Shown: positions 51,629 to 62,552, counted from the first letter of the stretch. The stretch: DNA of 64,000 nt from an uncultured Chloroflexia bacterium (GCA_963765765.1 CAVXYC010000021.1:1-64000); one strand, 5' to 3'. Notes: generated from the sequence alone by a model not told the origin. Numbers and translations are program-made.

Positions 51629-53597
51629 CTACCCAACAAGCGCATCCCATCTCTCACGAGCGATCTCCACGGCGAGGTCCACGTCTTCCGCCAACATGTA
51701 CCGTTCCTTCACAAGGGCATCCGCGGCGGCTCGGACACGTGCCAGGTAATCTTCTCGACCCTCGTATCGCTCGGCGATGGATGGCCTCGGATCGCCAGTC
51801 GATTCGCGCTGCTCGCGAGTCCTTGAAAACGGCAGGGTCGAGCCGTTCATGCTGATGATCTGCCCGGTCCCGCCCGTCTCGTGATGACGCGGGTTCCATC
51901 CTGTGTATGTAGAGATGGGAATATCCAGGTCGGGCATCCGTACGCCGCCGAGTTCGAGTCCGTCGGCATCGACGCGTGGTACGAATGTGGGATAACGCTC
52001 ACCGGTAATCACGGGATACGTGCCAATCCCCTGAGCTTGCTCCGGGCCGAGATCGAGATACTGGATAAATGGCACCAGACGCGCGATCCGGCAGCTCCAA
52101 TCCGGGGAATCCCTCCAGGGGCGCTATCGCCTCTGCGTGGGACACGAGTGTTCCGTTGGCCAACGTGGGGTGCTTGTTTGCCGGTGGCTCTGCTCCGTCC
52201 ACTACCCAGGCCCGGAGATTCTCCAACGCGGCTCGTAACAGGGGCGCATAGTCAACGGCATTGAAGCCGTGCGCGCCGCGGGAGCCCTCATTGGGATCTC
52301 GGTCTACCAATGGAACTACGCCAAGCCCATGCTGCGTGCTGGAGAAGTGATAGTTTCGAACCTCTGTCGGCAACGCCAGATCTCGCGTGCCGTCCAGAGT
52401 GACATGTCCCAGGGAGCAATCGCCTCGCCAGTACTCGGCGGTCGTATTGGTGTAGAGAATTCTCGGAATGCTACCCAGGCTACGCTGTCGCTCGAGTAGC
52501 CCGTCTGACCTGCCGGACAGGGGGTCTATCGCCGAGTCATCGCCAAACGGGAAAAGGTGTCCAAAGTTTGGCGTGTTCTGGACGGATGGCTGACCGAAGC
52601 GTTGATTGAACTCACCCCGACGAGCACCGGCGACGTGGATGAGCAGACCATCAAATACAGGCCGCTGCTCTTCATCGACGTTGAGACCAAGGTGGAGAAA
52701 ATGCCTCAGGAATCGACCGCTTTGAGACATACCGAAGCCGAAAGCGCGCTGAACGCGACCCGCGGCAGGATTGCCAGACCCAGCTGCACCGTGATGAAGA
52801 AAAGCAGCGCAATCCCGAATGGCGAGGAGGCCAGTGCCCACCACTGGTGATGTCTTTGTTGGGAAAATGATCTCGTAGACCTTGCCCGGCTCGAAGCCAC
52901 CTTCCAGCCAGACATACCCGTCGTCGGGAATCGCCTGGCCGCGCTCATCGCGCGCAAAGCACCAGCGGCTACGCTGGATCGTGCTGCGCTCCCCACCGGG
53001 CCAGTCCCGAACGGTCATGATGCCCGAGGAGTCTTCGACGTTAGCCGCGCGGTATGGAAGATGTACGCGATTAGCCAGCAGCTTATGAGTGAGCCGCTCA
53101 TTTGGCTGGAACTCAACCAGGACATTGCCAACGATCGGCTGGCCATTCTCAAGTGCAGTGGGTGGATTGAGGCCCATGAGGGCGGGGCTTTGCACAACGT
53201 CCCACTGCCAGCCGCACCAGGCTACCGTCCAGCCATGACGCATCAGAAATCCGTCACCCTCAGGAATCGTCACACTGGGCGCCGCTTCAACTGCCGCATG
53301 GTTGATCATACGTGGGGCAAGCTTGCGGCCGCGGTTCAGCACCTCCAGGAATAAATCGCCACTTCCGCGCGACGGGTCCACGGGCTGGAGTAAGCAAAAG
53401 TCTGCGTCGAATAGGACCTGGCCATCAGCGTTCCTCGCCGCGCGAGCAAGATCCACGATCTCACGATTCGCGGCATGGGATGGATCGGACGCGAAGCGAA
53501 TCAACCCATCAATACGCTCATACGCCCCGTAATCTCCAAATTCCTGTCCATTGCAATACGGTACGCGCGAGCGGATGTTGATCCCTGTAACTGCCAC
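51629..53597 (-). CDS. large alpha/beta-hydrolase-domain protein (one frameshift near 52075)
   Basis: FGDYGAYERI, NRGRK, GWQWD, GMSQSGR nucleophile elbow, EYW; C-terminus VDADG.ELGGVR.P in ORF 51629..52075. Confidence 0.75.
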
Positions 53598-53755
53598 GCT
53601 CGTCCCCCAACATTGGCCGATATCCGAGCGCAGTCTAGCCGACTTTGTGGAGTTGGGGAAGCAAGCGCTTCGCACAAAGCGCACAAGAACAGAAGGGGCA
53701 CGGCCCTTGTGGACCATGCCCTTCTATGGCGTTGATGCGATCGAGTCAGATTGAC

Positions 53756-54142
53756 TTATTCGTTGTCGTTGTCTTCATCGTTATCGTTGGAATCGTTGTC
53801 GTTGTCGTTGTCCTCGTCGTTCGATTCATTCTCATTGTCGTCGTCCGAGATCTGCGCACCACTCTGATCCTGGATGGGCTGCGCGACAATCTGAGACTGT
53901 GGTATCGGATAACCGGCCGCTAACAGCTCTGCGTTGTGCTGGTTGGCCCACACTTCTGCCGCGCGAGGTCCCCACGTGGCCGTGAAGAGTGCCTGGGTTT
54001 CAGGTGTCTGATTGTAGAACGTGGCCCCGTCGTAGGTTGACGGTACGTCACCCGGAGCTTGTGCTTGGGCGGACGTGAACGCTGCCAATCCAATGGTAAG
54101 AGTCGTAACCCCTACTAACAGCGCCATCCGTAGGAAAACCAT
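53756..54142 (-). CDS. secreted hypothetical protein with TWG…W..QH domain and acidic D/N/E tail
   Basis: GAAGGAG RBS; signal peptide ending AQA-Q; paralog of 36753..37319. Confidence 0.7.
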   Translation of the reverse strand: MVFLRMALLVGVTTLTIGLAAFTSAQAQAPGDVPSTYDGATFYNQTPETQALFTATWGPRAAEVWANQHNAELLAAGYPIPQSQIVAQPIQDQSGAQISDDDNENESNDEDNDNDNDSNDNDEDNDNE

Positions 54143-54480
54143 TAAATTCTCTCCTTCATGTCTTGCCCTCTGGACTGCCGCAACGAGGCGCGAGTACACC
54201 CAATTCAGTCCCTATTCGCGGGGCGCGGTCGCGAGCCGCCTGTGCTCCGAAGGTGTTCTGCTACTGCCCGGCGTTCAGAACTACTCATGCGAAACGTGGT
54301 GCAGGATCCGTTCCAGAGGGTTGGAGGTGCTTCCAAATGACCTTCTGCACAAGCAGGAGCCTGCACAGGTACATTGACGCCCGTGGGTTGGCAACGACAT
54401 GTGGGCCCTGATGTACAACAGGCCCCGCGGACGTTTGAGCGCAGCCGGGGTGGCTTTGTCTGGCGCGCAGGAGGATATGG

Positions 54481-55230
54481 GTGCGCGCGCGCCACTTCAC
54501 TTCACTCTTACTCGCTGCCTTTTTGATCTCGACCATTTCCACAGTGCACGCCAAGACTGGCACAACCACGCCCACCGGCGCGCAGGCGTTTGACCTCGGG
54601 TTCGCGGGTGCTTCCTACTGCTCCGACGCCAACCCATCGTGCGGCCGCGATCCCTGGTGGCTGCAGTTCAACGAGCTCCAGAGCACTGACCTTGTTCCCT
54701 TCGGGCTCACCCGCGCGCCCCTTACCGTGGAGTCTCGCTATCTTGAAGCATTACACGTGCTCTGGAGCTGGGAGGAAGGGCAGGCGCTCTTAGGCGAGGG
54801 AAGCGAGTTCGGCGTCTCGATCATGTCCGGACTCTTCGCACGTGAGCCAACGGCCATTGCGTCATACAACTCCGCTCGACGCAGCATTCAGATCAACCCA
54901 CGGTATGCGCAGGCTGCGACGTGGATGGTGGCGGCAGTGCTCTCGCACGAGCTCCAGCATATCGCTGACTCTCACAATCGTCTCTATCAGCGCCACACGC
55001 CGGAAGATTGCCTGACCCGCGAAACGCGCGCCTATGAGACGGAAAGCCGATTTATCACCTGGTACACGCAAACGCTGGTGGGCCAGACGCTTCCAGTGCA
55101 GGAGCTTCGGAAACAGTCGCTCGCGGAGCATCGCGGATTGAGCGACCTACTCATACGAATCAACTCTGCCCCTGATGTGTCCGAACTGGTCCGCAAGGAT
55201 TACGCGGAGCTCTGCGTGCGGAATCCGTAA
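54481..55230 (+). CDS. secreted putative zinc metalloprotease (HExxH)
   Basis: AGGAGG RBS, signal peptide, LSHELQH followed by ETRAY. Confidence 0.55.
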   Translation: MRARHFTSLLLAAFLISTISTVHAKTGTTTPTGAQAFDLGFAGASYCSDANPSCGRDPWWLQFNELQSTDLVPFGLTRAPLTVESRYLEALHVLWSWEEGQALLGEGSEFGVSIMSGLFAREPTAIASYNSARRSIQINPRYAQAATWMVAAVLSHELQHIADSHNRLYQRHTPEDCLTRETRAYETESRFITWYTQTLVGQTLPVQELRKQSLAEHRGLSDLLIRINSAPDVSELVRKDYAELCVRNP

Positions 55231-55308
55231 CCGGGCCGATTCCTCGAACCGTGTGGTAGGCTCATCGCTGCCCGAAGACACCCAACCCTGCTGGCTCAGG
55301 AGCGCGCG

Positions 55309-56301
55309 ATGAAGATTGCCATTCTTGACGACTGGAACCACTTTTACGATGAACAGCCGGCAATGAGCCGGCTGCGCGAGCTCGGCGATGTGACGGTCTG
55401 GTACGACAAGGCGCCGTCCGACACCGTGCTAGCCGAGCGGCTCAAAGGCGTCAATATCGTTGGCGCAAACCGCGAGCGCACCCGGTTTCCAGCCGATGTG
55501 CTCGAAAAGCTTACCGATGTGGAGCTTATTTCCCAGAGCGGCGGCGCGGGACGGCACATCGATGTTGAGGCGGCCACGCGGCTCGGCATTGCTATTGCCA
55601 GCGGCGGTGGAGCGGCCAATGGCTCCGCCGCTGTTGCCGAGCTTGGTCTCGGCCTCCTAATCTCGTTGACCCGCAACATCCCCACTAACGATCGACGCAT
55701 TCGCGAGAACGATTGGAATGCGCCCATCTCTGACGTGCTCTTCGGCAAGACGCTGGGTGTGATAGGCCTGGGGAAGATTGGCGTTCACATGGCCAGGGTG
55801 TGCCAGGCGTTGGGCATGTCCACGATTGCCTGGGGTCCTACGCTCACAGCCGAGCGGGCCGCCGCGAGCGGTGTTGAATACGTGGCCTTCGATGATCTCT
55901 TCCCACGCGCGGACGTGATCTTTATTTCGCCGATTCTCTCAGACCTGACACGCGGCATCGTAGGACCAGCGCAGTTGGGCGCCATGAAGCCAACGAGCTA
56001 TCTCATCAATATCTCCCGCGGTCCCATTGTCCAGGAGACTGCGCTGATCGAGGCGCTTCAGCAGAGGAAGATTCGCGGCGCGGGACTGGATGTCTTCGAC
56101 GAAGAACCATTCGCGTCGGGGCATCCACTTACCAAGCTCGATAACGTCGTCCTCACCCCGCACATCGGCTGGGTAACACAGGCGCATTTCGCAGCCTTCG
56201 CCAACGCCGTCCTTACGAATGCCATCAACTACATCGAAGGCAATCCTTCAGGCATCGTTAACGAGGATGCACTGAAGGTGAATCGAGGGACACGCTCCTA
56301 A
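55309..56301 (+). CDS. D-2-hydroxyacid dehydrogenase family protein
   Basis: RERT, GVIGLGKIG, INISRGP, LDVFDEEP, TPHIG. Confidence 0.92.
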   Translation: MKIAILDDWNHFYDEQPAMSRLRELGDVTVWYDKAPSDTVLAERLKGVNIVGANRERTRFPADVLEKLTDVELISQSGGAGRHIDVEAATRLGIAIASGGGAANGSAAVAELGLGLLISLTRNIPTNDRRIRENDWNAPISDVLFGKTLGVIGLGKIGVHMARVCQALGMSTIAWGPTLTAERAAASGVEYVAFDDLFPRADVIFISPILSDLTRGIVGPAQLGAMKPTSYLINISRGPIVQETALIEALQQRKIRGAGLDVFDEEPFASGHPLTKLDNVVLTPHIGWVTQAHFAAFANAVLTNAINYIEGNPSGIVNEDALKVNRGTRS

Positions 56302-57095
56302 GCAGTGTTCTAAGGTTCCCCACGGCCGCCGCGAGCCGTGAGACCGGCGGTACGAGTGCCGTTCCAAGGCTGACAGCGTGCTGGTGTGATTGTGAGGATC
56401 GCCGCACTGTAGGACGGCCGATGAAGCGTACGCATTGCGAGGGGCGCAGCCCCTGGGAGGGCCGCACGCTTCGTTCACTTCTCTAGGCACCTCGCTACGC
56501 GGGCGTTGCGGTTACGGTTGGCGTCACTGTTCGGATTGCCGTCGTCGACGTCGTTGTCAGTGTTGGCGTCGCTGTTGCCGCGTTGCGGCGTGATGATTGG
56601 TCGATCGCGGGCAGGGAGCTCGTCCAAGCGAGGCTCCACCTCATCGATCGACATGCCAATGGCGCCGGCAGTTTGGTGATGGCTTCAGTCCAGGCCGTCG
56701 CGTTGCGTGGGTCGAGGAACATGAGTGGCTCGCCGCGGTCCAGCCTCGATTTGACTGGTCCACCCTCAGACGATCGACAGTGACTTCGGTGGTCTCATAG
56801 CATGCGAATCCTCGCCTATGACGTCGGGCCGCGGCTCGAGCACAGACGAGAATGCTCCCCTTCGTGCGCGCCACGCGGTGGGGGAAGGGCGGCGGAAACT
56901 ATCCAGCACTGCCGCGCCGCGCATGCTGCACGCGCTGGAGACTACGCGAGAGCGGAGTAGGGCTGAGGGGCCCCGTGCGGTCCTTCTTCTCGGGGTGCCG
57001 AGACAGGTCCCGATGGCACGGTCCCTGCGGCGGATTCAGTACGAGATGAGAGGTCTCCCCAATACATCAAATGACTCACATGAGGACAAGAGAAT

Positions 57096-57266
57096 ATGCC
57101 TGAGAAGAAACACCTGCGCGGCGTTGGCGAGAAGGAACAGCGTCAGTACGAGCACATCAAGGAGTCAGCCGAGGAATCGGGTCGATACGGCAAGCGAGCT
57201 GAGGAAGTGGCGGCCCGGACAGTAATGAAGGAGCACAAACAGAAAGGTCACAAGAAAGGCCGTTAG
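57096..57266 (+). CDS. small basic 56-aa protein (RQYEHIKES…AEEVAARTV family), missed by the ORF track
   Basis: GAGGA RBS; MPEKKHLRGVGEKEQRQYEHIKESAEESGRYGKRAEEVAARTVMKEHKQKGHKKGR*. Confidence 0.7.
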   Translation: MPEKKHLRGVGEKEQRQYEHIKESAEESGRYGKRAEEVAARTVMKEHKQKGHKKGR

Positions 57267-57276
57267 GAGACAAGCC

Positions 57277-57705
57277 AGGCAACTCAGAGAGATCATGACT
57301 CCCGGCGGAGGTTATTCATTCGAATGCATCAGTCGAGGAGGCGGCCTCGAGGATGGACGAGCTCAATGTGGGCCCGTTACCTGTTTGGGACGGTCCACGA
57401 CTCGTGGGCATGCTGACGGACCGCGACATCACCGTGCGCTCGACGGCCGTTGGGCTCGATTCGAAATCGACCAAGGTCCGCGACGTGATGACTACCGACG
57501 TGGTGTACTGCTTCGATGACGAGGACGTGCGCGATGCAGCCAACGTCATGGAGGAGAAGCAGATTCGAAGGCTAGAGGTACTCGACCGCGACCACCGCCT
57601 GATTGGCATCGTGTCGTTGGGGGACCCGGCAGTTGAGATGCACCACGATCGACTGTCCGTGAGGCACTCGAACGCGTTTCCACGCCCGCGGCGCCGGACC
57701 GATAG
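57277..57705 (+). pseudogene. CBS domain-pair protein, disrupted (AGG in place of the start codon, two frameshifts)
   Basis: AGGAG RBS then AGG-QLREIMTP; VG.LPV…LVGMLTDRDI, VRDVMT, IRRL.V…GIVSLGD; the shifted end reads EALERVSTPAAPDR*. Confidence 0.7.
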
Positions 57706-57827
57706 CCCCCGGCGGTGACCTCCCGGTGGGACGGCTCCAACCGAGAGGCGTGCCCTAGAACTAGGCGGGACTCCACCCGTCGGTGAGCTCACGCGTGGGG
57801 CGTAGCTGAGGACAAGGGAGGAGTGCG

Positions 57828-58544
57828 ATGCTCTTTAAGGATCGGGCACAGGCGGGCCAGGTTCTAGCATCCAAGTTAGAGCGCTTCGCTCATCGCTCAG
57901 ACGTCATGGTGCTGGCACTGCCTCGCGGCGGCGTGCCAGTAGCATACGAAGTAGCGCGCCCGCTGGGCGCGCCACTGGACGTGTTCCTAGTGCGCAAGCT
58001 GGGTGTCCCGGGGCATGAGGAGCTGGCGATGGGTGCCATCGCCAGCGGCGGCGTGAGGGTGCTCAACTTACGGGTGGTGCAGAGTCTGCGGATCACTGAG
58101 GCAGAGCTGGAGGCGGCCGCCGCTGCCGAGCGTCGGGAGCTCGAGCGGCGCGAGCGCGACTACCGCGATGGCCGTCCACCGCAGGATGTACAGGGCCGGG
58201 TAGTGATCCTCGTGGACGATGGATTGGCCACTGGATCGACGATGCGCGCGGCCGTAGCTGCGTTGCAGCGGCAGGGACCGAGGAGCATCGTTGTGGCGGT
58301 CCCCGTGGCAGCGATCACCACGTGTGATGAGCTCCGCGAGGAGGTAGATGAAATCGTTTGCGCGGTGACTCCGGAGCATTTTTACGCTGTGGGCCTCTGG
58401 TACGCGAATTTCTCACAGACCTCGGACGACGAGGTGCGTGATCTACTTACCCGGGCAGCTCGCGAGCAACCCCACCAAGCAGCCGCAACCGAAACGGAGG
58501 TGAGCTCCGGAACGGGCCCTGCGGCGGAGAGGAGAAGCAGATGA
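57828..58544 (+). CDS. phosphoribosyltransferase family protein
   Basis: FKDRAQAG, LPRGGVPV, VRKLG.PG.EELAMGA, VDDGLATGST. Confidence 0.9.
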   Translation: MLFKDRAQAGQVLASKLERFAHRSDVMVLALPRGGVPVAYEVARPLGAPLDVFLVRKLGVPGHEELAMGAIASGGVRVLNLRVVQSLRITEAELEAAAAAERRELERRERDYRDGRPPQDVQGRVVILVDDGLATGSTMRAAVAALQRQGPRSIVVAVPVAAITTCDELREEVDEIVCAVTPEHFYAVGLWYANFSQTSDDEVRDLLTRAAREQPHQAAATETEVSSGTGPAAERRSR

Positions 58545-59899
58545 GAAGCACAAGACCTTTGGACGGTGAGCGACTCACCCGCCTTGTCGGCGCGGCGGCG
58601 CGGCCACTGAAAGGTGCCGCCGACGACTACGATGCGCTTCTCGATCTAATCGGTGACGCCCACTACGTGCTGATTGGTGAGGCCTCGCACGGGACGCACG
58701 AGTTCTACCGCGAGCGAGCCCGACTTACCCAGCGGCTCATCGAGGAAAAGCATTTCAACGCGGTGGCTGTGGAGGCGGACTGGCCAGACGCCTACCGCGT
58801 CAACTCCTTCGTCCGCGGCGTGAGTCAGGCTGCTAACGCCGCGCAGGCGCTGGATGGCTTCAAGCGTTTTCCCACATGGATGTGGCGGAACGCCGATGTG
58901 CTCGAGTTCGTCACCTGGGCCCGTGGCTACAACGCGGCGTCCACGGGCCGGCAGGTTGGGTTTTACGGACTCGACCTGTACAGTCTGTACACGTCCATCG
59001 AGGCGGTGCTTGGCTATCTGGATAAGGTGGACCCAGAGGCGGCCCAACGGGCGCGCTTCCGCTATGGCTGCTTTGACCAGTTCGGGGAGGACAGCCAGGC
59101 CTATGGTTACGCCGCAAGCTTCGGAATGACCGGGTCGTGTGAGCAGGAGGCCGTAAGCGCACTCCTAGAGCTCCAGCGTCAGGCTGCTGACTATGCCCGC
59201 CGCGACGGCCGAGTGGCCGAGGACGAGCAGTTTTACGCCGAACAGAATGCCCGCCTGGTAAAAAACGCCGAGCAATATTACCGCACCATGTTCCACGGAC
59301 AGGTGTCCTCGTGGAACCTGCGGGACCGCCACATGTGCGAGACTCTCGATCACCTGGCGAACTATCTTGGTCAGGAAGGCCGCCGTCCAAAGATCGTTGT
59401 GTGGGCCCATAACTCGCACTTGGGCGATGCTCGCGCAACGGAGATGGCTGCGCGCGGCGAGCTAAACCTCGGCCAGCTCGTCCGTGAGCGGCACGGGACT
59501 GACACCGTGTCAATTGGGTTCAGTACGTACACTGGCACTGTCACTGCCGCCTCCGACTGGGGCGGGTCGGCCGAGCGCAAGCGCGTTCGCCCTGCCCTGC
59601 CGCAAAGCTACGAGGCGCTCTTTCACTCCGCGGGACTCCCGAATTTCGTGTTGACACTACGCGATGACGCAGCAGTAGCAGCTCTGGCTGAGCCAAGATT
59701 GGAACGGGCCATAGGGGTGATTTATCGACCGGAGACGGAGCGACTAAGTCACTATTTTCACGCCCGACTGCCGCGCCAGTTTGACGCGCTGCTGCACTTC
59801 GATGAGACACGCGCCGTCACGCCCATGGAATATGACGTTGGCTGGGAGGGGAGCGAGGCGCCAGCGACATTCCCCAGTGGCGATGTGCCAGTGCTATGA
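58541..59899 (+). CDS. erythromycin esterase family protein
   Basis: IGEASHGTHEFY, VEADWPD, WNLRD.HM, WAHNSH; ATGA overlap with the PRTase gene. Confidence 0.9.
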   Translation: MRSTRPLDGERLTRLVGAAARPLKGAADDYDALLDLIGDAHYVLIGEASHGTHEFYRERARLTQRLIEEKHFNAVAVEADWPDAYRVNSFVRGVSQAANAAQALDGFKRFPTWMWRNADVLEFVTWARGYNAASTGRQVGFYGLDLYSLYTSIEAVLGYLDKVDPEAAQRARFRYGCFDQFGEDSQAYGYAASFGMTGSCEQEAVSALLELQRQAADYARRDGRVAEDEQFYAEQNARLVKNAEQYYRTMFHGQVSSWNLRDRHMCETLDHLANYLGQEGRRPKIVVWAHNSHLGDARATEMAARGELNLGQLVRERHGTDTVSIGFSTYTGTVTAASDWGGSAERKRVRPALPQSYEALFHSAGLPNFVLTLRDDAAVAALAEPRLERAIGVIYRPETERLSHYFHARLPRQFDALLHFDETRAVTPMEYDVGWEGSEAPATFPSGDVPVL

Positions 59900-59935
59900 C
59901 ATCCCGGAGTAGAGACTAGAGAAAGCAGGCAAGCG

Positions 59936-60613
59936 ATGACGTCTACCTCACATAGCGCCACCGACCGAGCAGTTCGAGTCGCGGCTGGGTCGGTCATGCT
60001 CGATGGAGATCTCAGCCTCCCTGATCCTGCCTCTGGCGTCGTGCTGTTTGCACACGGGAGCGGGAGTAGTCGCCACAGCCCGCGCAATCGGTATGTTGCT
60101 CGGGTCCTCCAGGAGGCCGGTCTCGGGACGCTGCTGATCGATCTGCTGACTCCAGAAGAAGAAGCCGTGGACATGCGCACCGCGCATTTGCGCTTCGATA
60201 TTGGGCTACTTGCCGCGCGTCTCACCAGCGCTACGGAGTGGCTGGCGCAGCAACCGGACACCGCTATGCGAACGATCGGCTACTTCGGCGCCAGCACCGG
60301 CGGTGGGGCTGCCCTGGTCGCGGCAGCCGATCGAGGGAACGCGATTGGCGCGGTCGTGTCGCGCGGGGGGCGGCCGGACCTCGCCGGGCCCGCTCTGGCC
60401 CAGGTTCGCGCGCCGACGCTGCTGATCGTGGGCGGGCGAGATGATGTCGTGATCACGCTGAACAAGCAGGCCCTGGCCGAGCTACACTGCGAGAAACGGC
60501 TGGAGATCGTCCCCGGAGCCACCCATCTCTTCGAAGAGCCAGGCACGCTCGAAGAGGTCGCTCGCCTGGCGCATGAGTGGTTCACGGGACACCTGGTGCC
60601 GGGCACCTCATAG
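59936..60613 (+). CDS. dienelactone hydrolase family protein
   Basis: FAHGSGSSRHSPRN, GASTG, SRGGRPDL, ATHLFEE. Confidence 0.9.
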   Translation: MTSTSHSATDRAVRVAAGSVMLDGDLSLPDPASGVVLFAHGSGSSRHSPRNRYVARVLQEAGLGTLLIDLLTPEEEAVDMRTAHLRFDIGLLAARLTSATEWLAQQPDTAMRTIGYFGASTGGGAALVAAADRGNAIGAVVSRGGRPDLAGPALAQVRAPTLLIVGGRDDVVITLNKQALAELHCEKRLEIVPGATHLFEEPGTLEEVARLAHEWFTGHLVPGTS

Positions 60614-60926
60614 GAGGTCAAGTCCCTAAAATTCGCGTGCGCTCACCGGTCACAGAGCCGCATCCCGTGAGAGTGCGGTTCCTCTGGCGCGAGCCCCTTG
60701 ACCGATCAACTCGCCTCCGAGCCACGCCCGTACGGAAGCGGCTCCTCTCGCCGAAATCGCCCGACCCATCGCGAGGGATAACTCGGAGGAACCTTCCTCA
60801 GGGGCGTGGCTCGGAGGTTCTTGATGGCGATATTGCCGGTGTGGTTGTTGGCGGGAGGAACGGCATCAGTACAGGATGCGGCTCTAATCCGATGTGCGAG
60901 AGACAGCCGCCGTCCATCGAGGACGG

Positions 60927-62534
60927 CTATCGTGCGGGACGCGTGTCGCGCCTCAGCACGTCCGCAATATCGTGGTGTCCGTGTCGCTCCGCCCAGCGGA
61001 TTGGTGTTGCCCAGGGCTTGTCAAGCGGTAGCCTTGGATCCGCGGCCTGCTGTAGGAGCCACGTCACCATTTCGAGTTGGCCGGCGCGGGCGGCCCAGCC
61101 GAGCGGTGTTGAACGGAATTCATCGTCGCGTGCATTGATGTCTGCACCGAATTCCAGACACAGCGCCGCGATCTCAATCTGACCGTTCCCGGCAAACCGG
61201 TGCAAGGGCGTGATCCCTAGCCAGTTGGTTCGCCGCACATCCGTGCCGTGCTCCAGGAGCCAGCGGGCCATCTCACGAGAGCCCGCATTCCCTAGACGGA
61301 CCGCCTCGAGAAGATGAGGCTGGTATCGGAGCATGAGCTCCAGGATCTTCTGGTGGCCATTCTCGGTTGCGTTGTGTACCGCCTCTTCCGAGATTGGCAG
61401 CGCGGGATTGGCCCCTAGCATCGCCGATACGTGCGGGAGGTTCCCGTCGTAGCACGCGTGCTCGAGCGACAGGACTCCACCGTAAGATCCGAGCAACGTG
61501 AGCAGCTCCGGATCACTGCGAGCTGCCCACATACAGCTCCCGCTGGAATCAACGTCGGCATTCGGATTGGCGCCATGCTCGAGAAGCAGTCGAGCGATCT
61601 CCAAATGCTTGCCAAAGACGGCGTTATGCAGGGCTACACCGTGCTCCGCGATGCTTTCAGGTTCGTTGGGGTCGGCGCCTCGCTCCAGGAGAAGTCTGAC
61701 GATTTCCGTGTGGCCAGCACGTGCCGCGCATCTTAGAGGGGGGCCAGCGTAGAAGCTCGAGTACGGTGGTACGCGACTGGTGAGATCCGGCTGCTCGTCC
61801 AGGAGCAACCGAACTCTTTCCAGGTCGCCGAGCTTGGCTGCCGTACTGATGTCATAGTCCGCGCCACGCGCTAGCAGATAGCCCGCGAGCACCCAGTGGT
61901 TCTGGATCGCTGCATCCGGTACGTCTCGCCAGCCGCGATACCAGTAGTCGCCGTTGGTCAGATCGAGCGGCCGCGCGCCATCTGGCCGCCGAGTGTTGAT
62001 GTCGGCGCCCCGATTGAGTAGCTCATCGATCATCTGGATCTGGCGCGTCATCACTGCCCAGTGAATCGGTTTGCTGCCGCGCTTGTCGGCTGAATCTATG
62101 AGCTCTGGTTGCTCATCGAGCGCCGCTCGCAATGTCTCAATGTCTCGACTCTGAACGATCGATGCGATCCGTTCACCATCCGGTCCGATGTGGAAGCGCT
62201 CCGCCAGTGTGCGCTCGAGCAAGTGCTCTATCTCCTGGTGTCCCCGATCACGGGCCATCGTGAGCAGTGAATCACCGTATGAATCGTACGTGGGGTCGGC
62301 GCCGTGCTCTAGCAGCAGCCTTACGATCCCGAGGTGGTTTTCCGAAACGGCGAAGCGGATGGGGCGTCGATACTCGAATTCACATTCAACAAACCTGCGA
62401 TCCCGCGCAACTAAGCTGCGGACGGTCTCCAGATCTCCATTACTTGACGCCTGGAACATGGCCCACACGTCCGCTCCCGTCAGCCCATTCCATGTGCGGT
62501 AGGTCGGCGATTTGAGTCGTTCGGGCTGGATCAT
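60927..62534 (-). CDS. ankyrin repeat protein
   Basis: Multiple ankyrin repeats (LLLEHGADP, PIHWAV, TPLH, TPLGWAARAG). Confidence 0.9.
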   Translation of the reverse strand: MIQPERLKSPTYRTWNGLTGADVWAMFQASSNGDLETVRSLVARDRRFVECEFEYRRPIRFAVSENHLGIVRLLLEHGADPTYDSYGDSLLTMARDRGHQEIEHLLERTLAERFHIGPDGERIASIVQSRDIETLRAALDEQPELIDSADKRGSKPIHWAVMTRQIQMIDELLNRGADINTRRPDGARPLDLTNGDYWYRGWRDVPDAAIQNHWVLAGYLLARGADYDISTAAKLGDLERVRLLLDEQPDLTSRVPPYSSFYAGPPLRCAARAGHTEIVRLLLERGADPNEPESIAEHGVALHNAVFGKHLEIARLLLEHGANPNADVDSSGSCMWAARSDPELLTLLGSYGGVLSLEHACYDGNLPHVSAMLGANPALPISEEAVHNATENGHQKILELMLRYQPHLLEAVRLGNAGSREMARWLLEHGTDVRRTNWLGITPLHRFAGNGQIEIAALCLEFGADINARDDEFRSTPLGWAARAGQLEMVTWLLQQAADPRLPLDKPWATPIRWAERHGHHDIADVLRRDTRPAR

Positions 62535-62552
62535 GGGGCGCTGACTTCGAAA

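Noticed and set aside
56495-56874. Small minus-strand protein with a Thr-rich tail
   Set aside because: No convincing RBS or start and an upstream in-frame stop; at most a gene remnant.
58541-59899. Macrolide resistance gene (ereA/ereB)
   Set aside because: The context (PRTase overlap, dienelactone hydrolase) matches the widespread Rv2030c-like group, and no mobile element is nearby.
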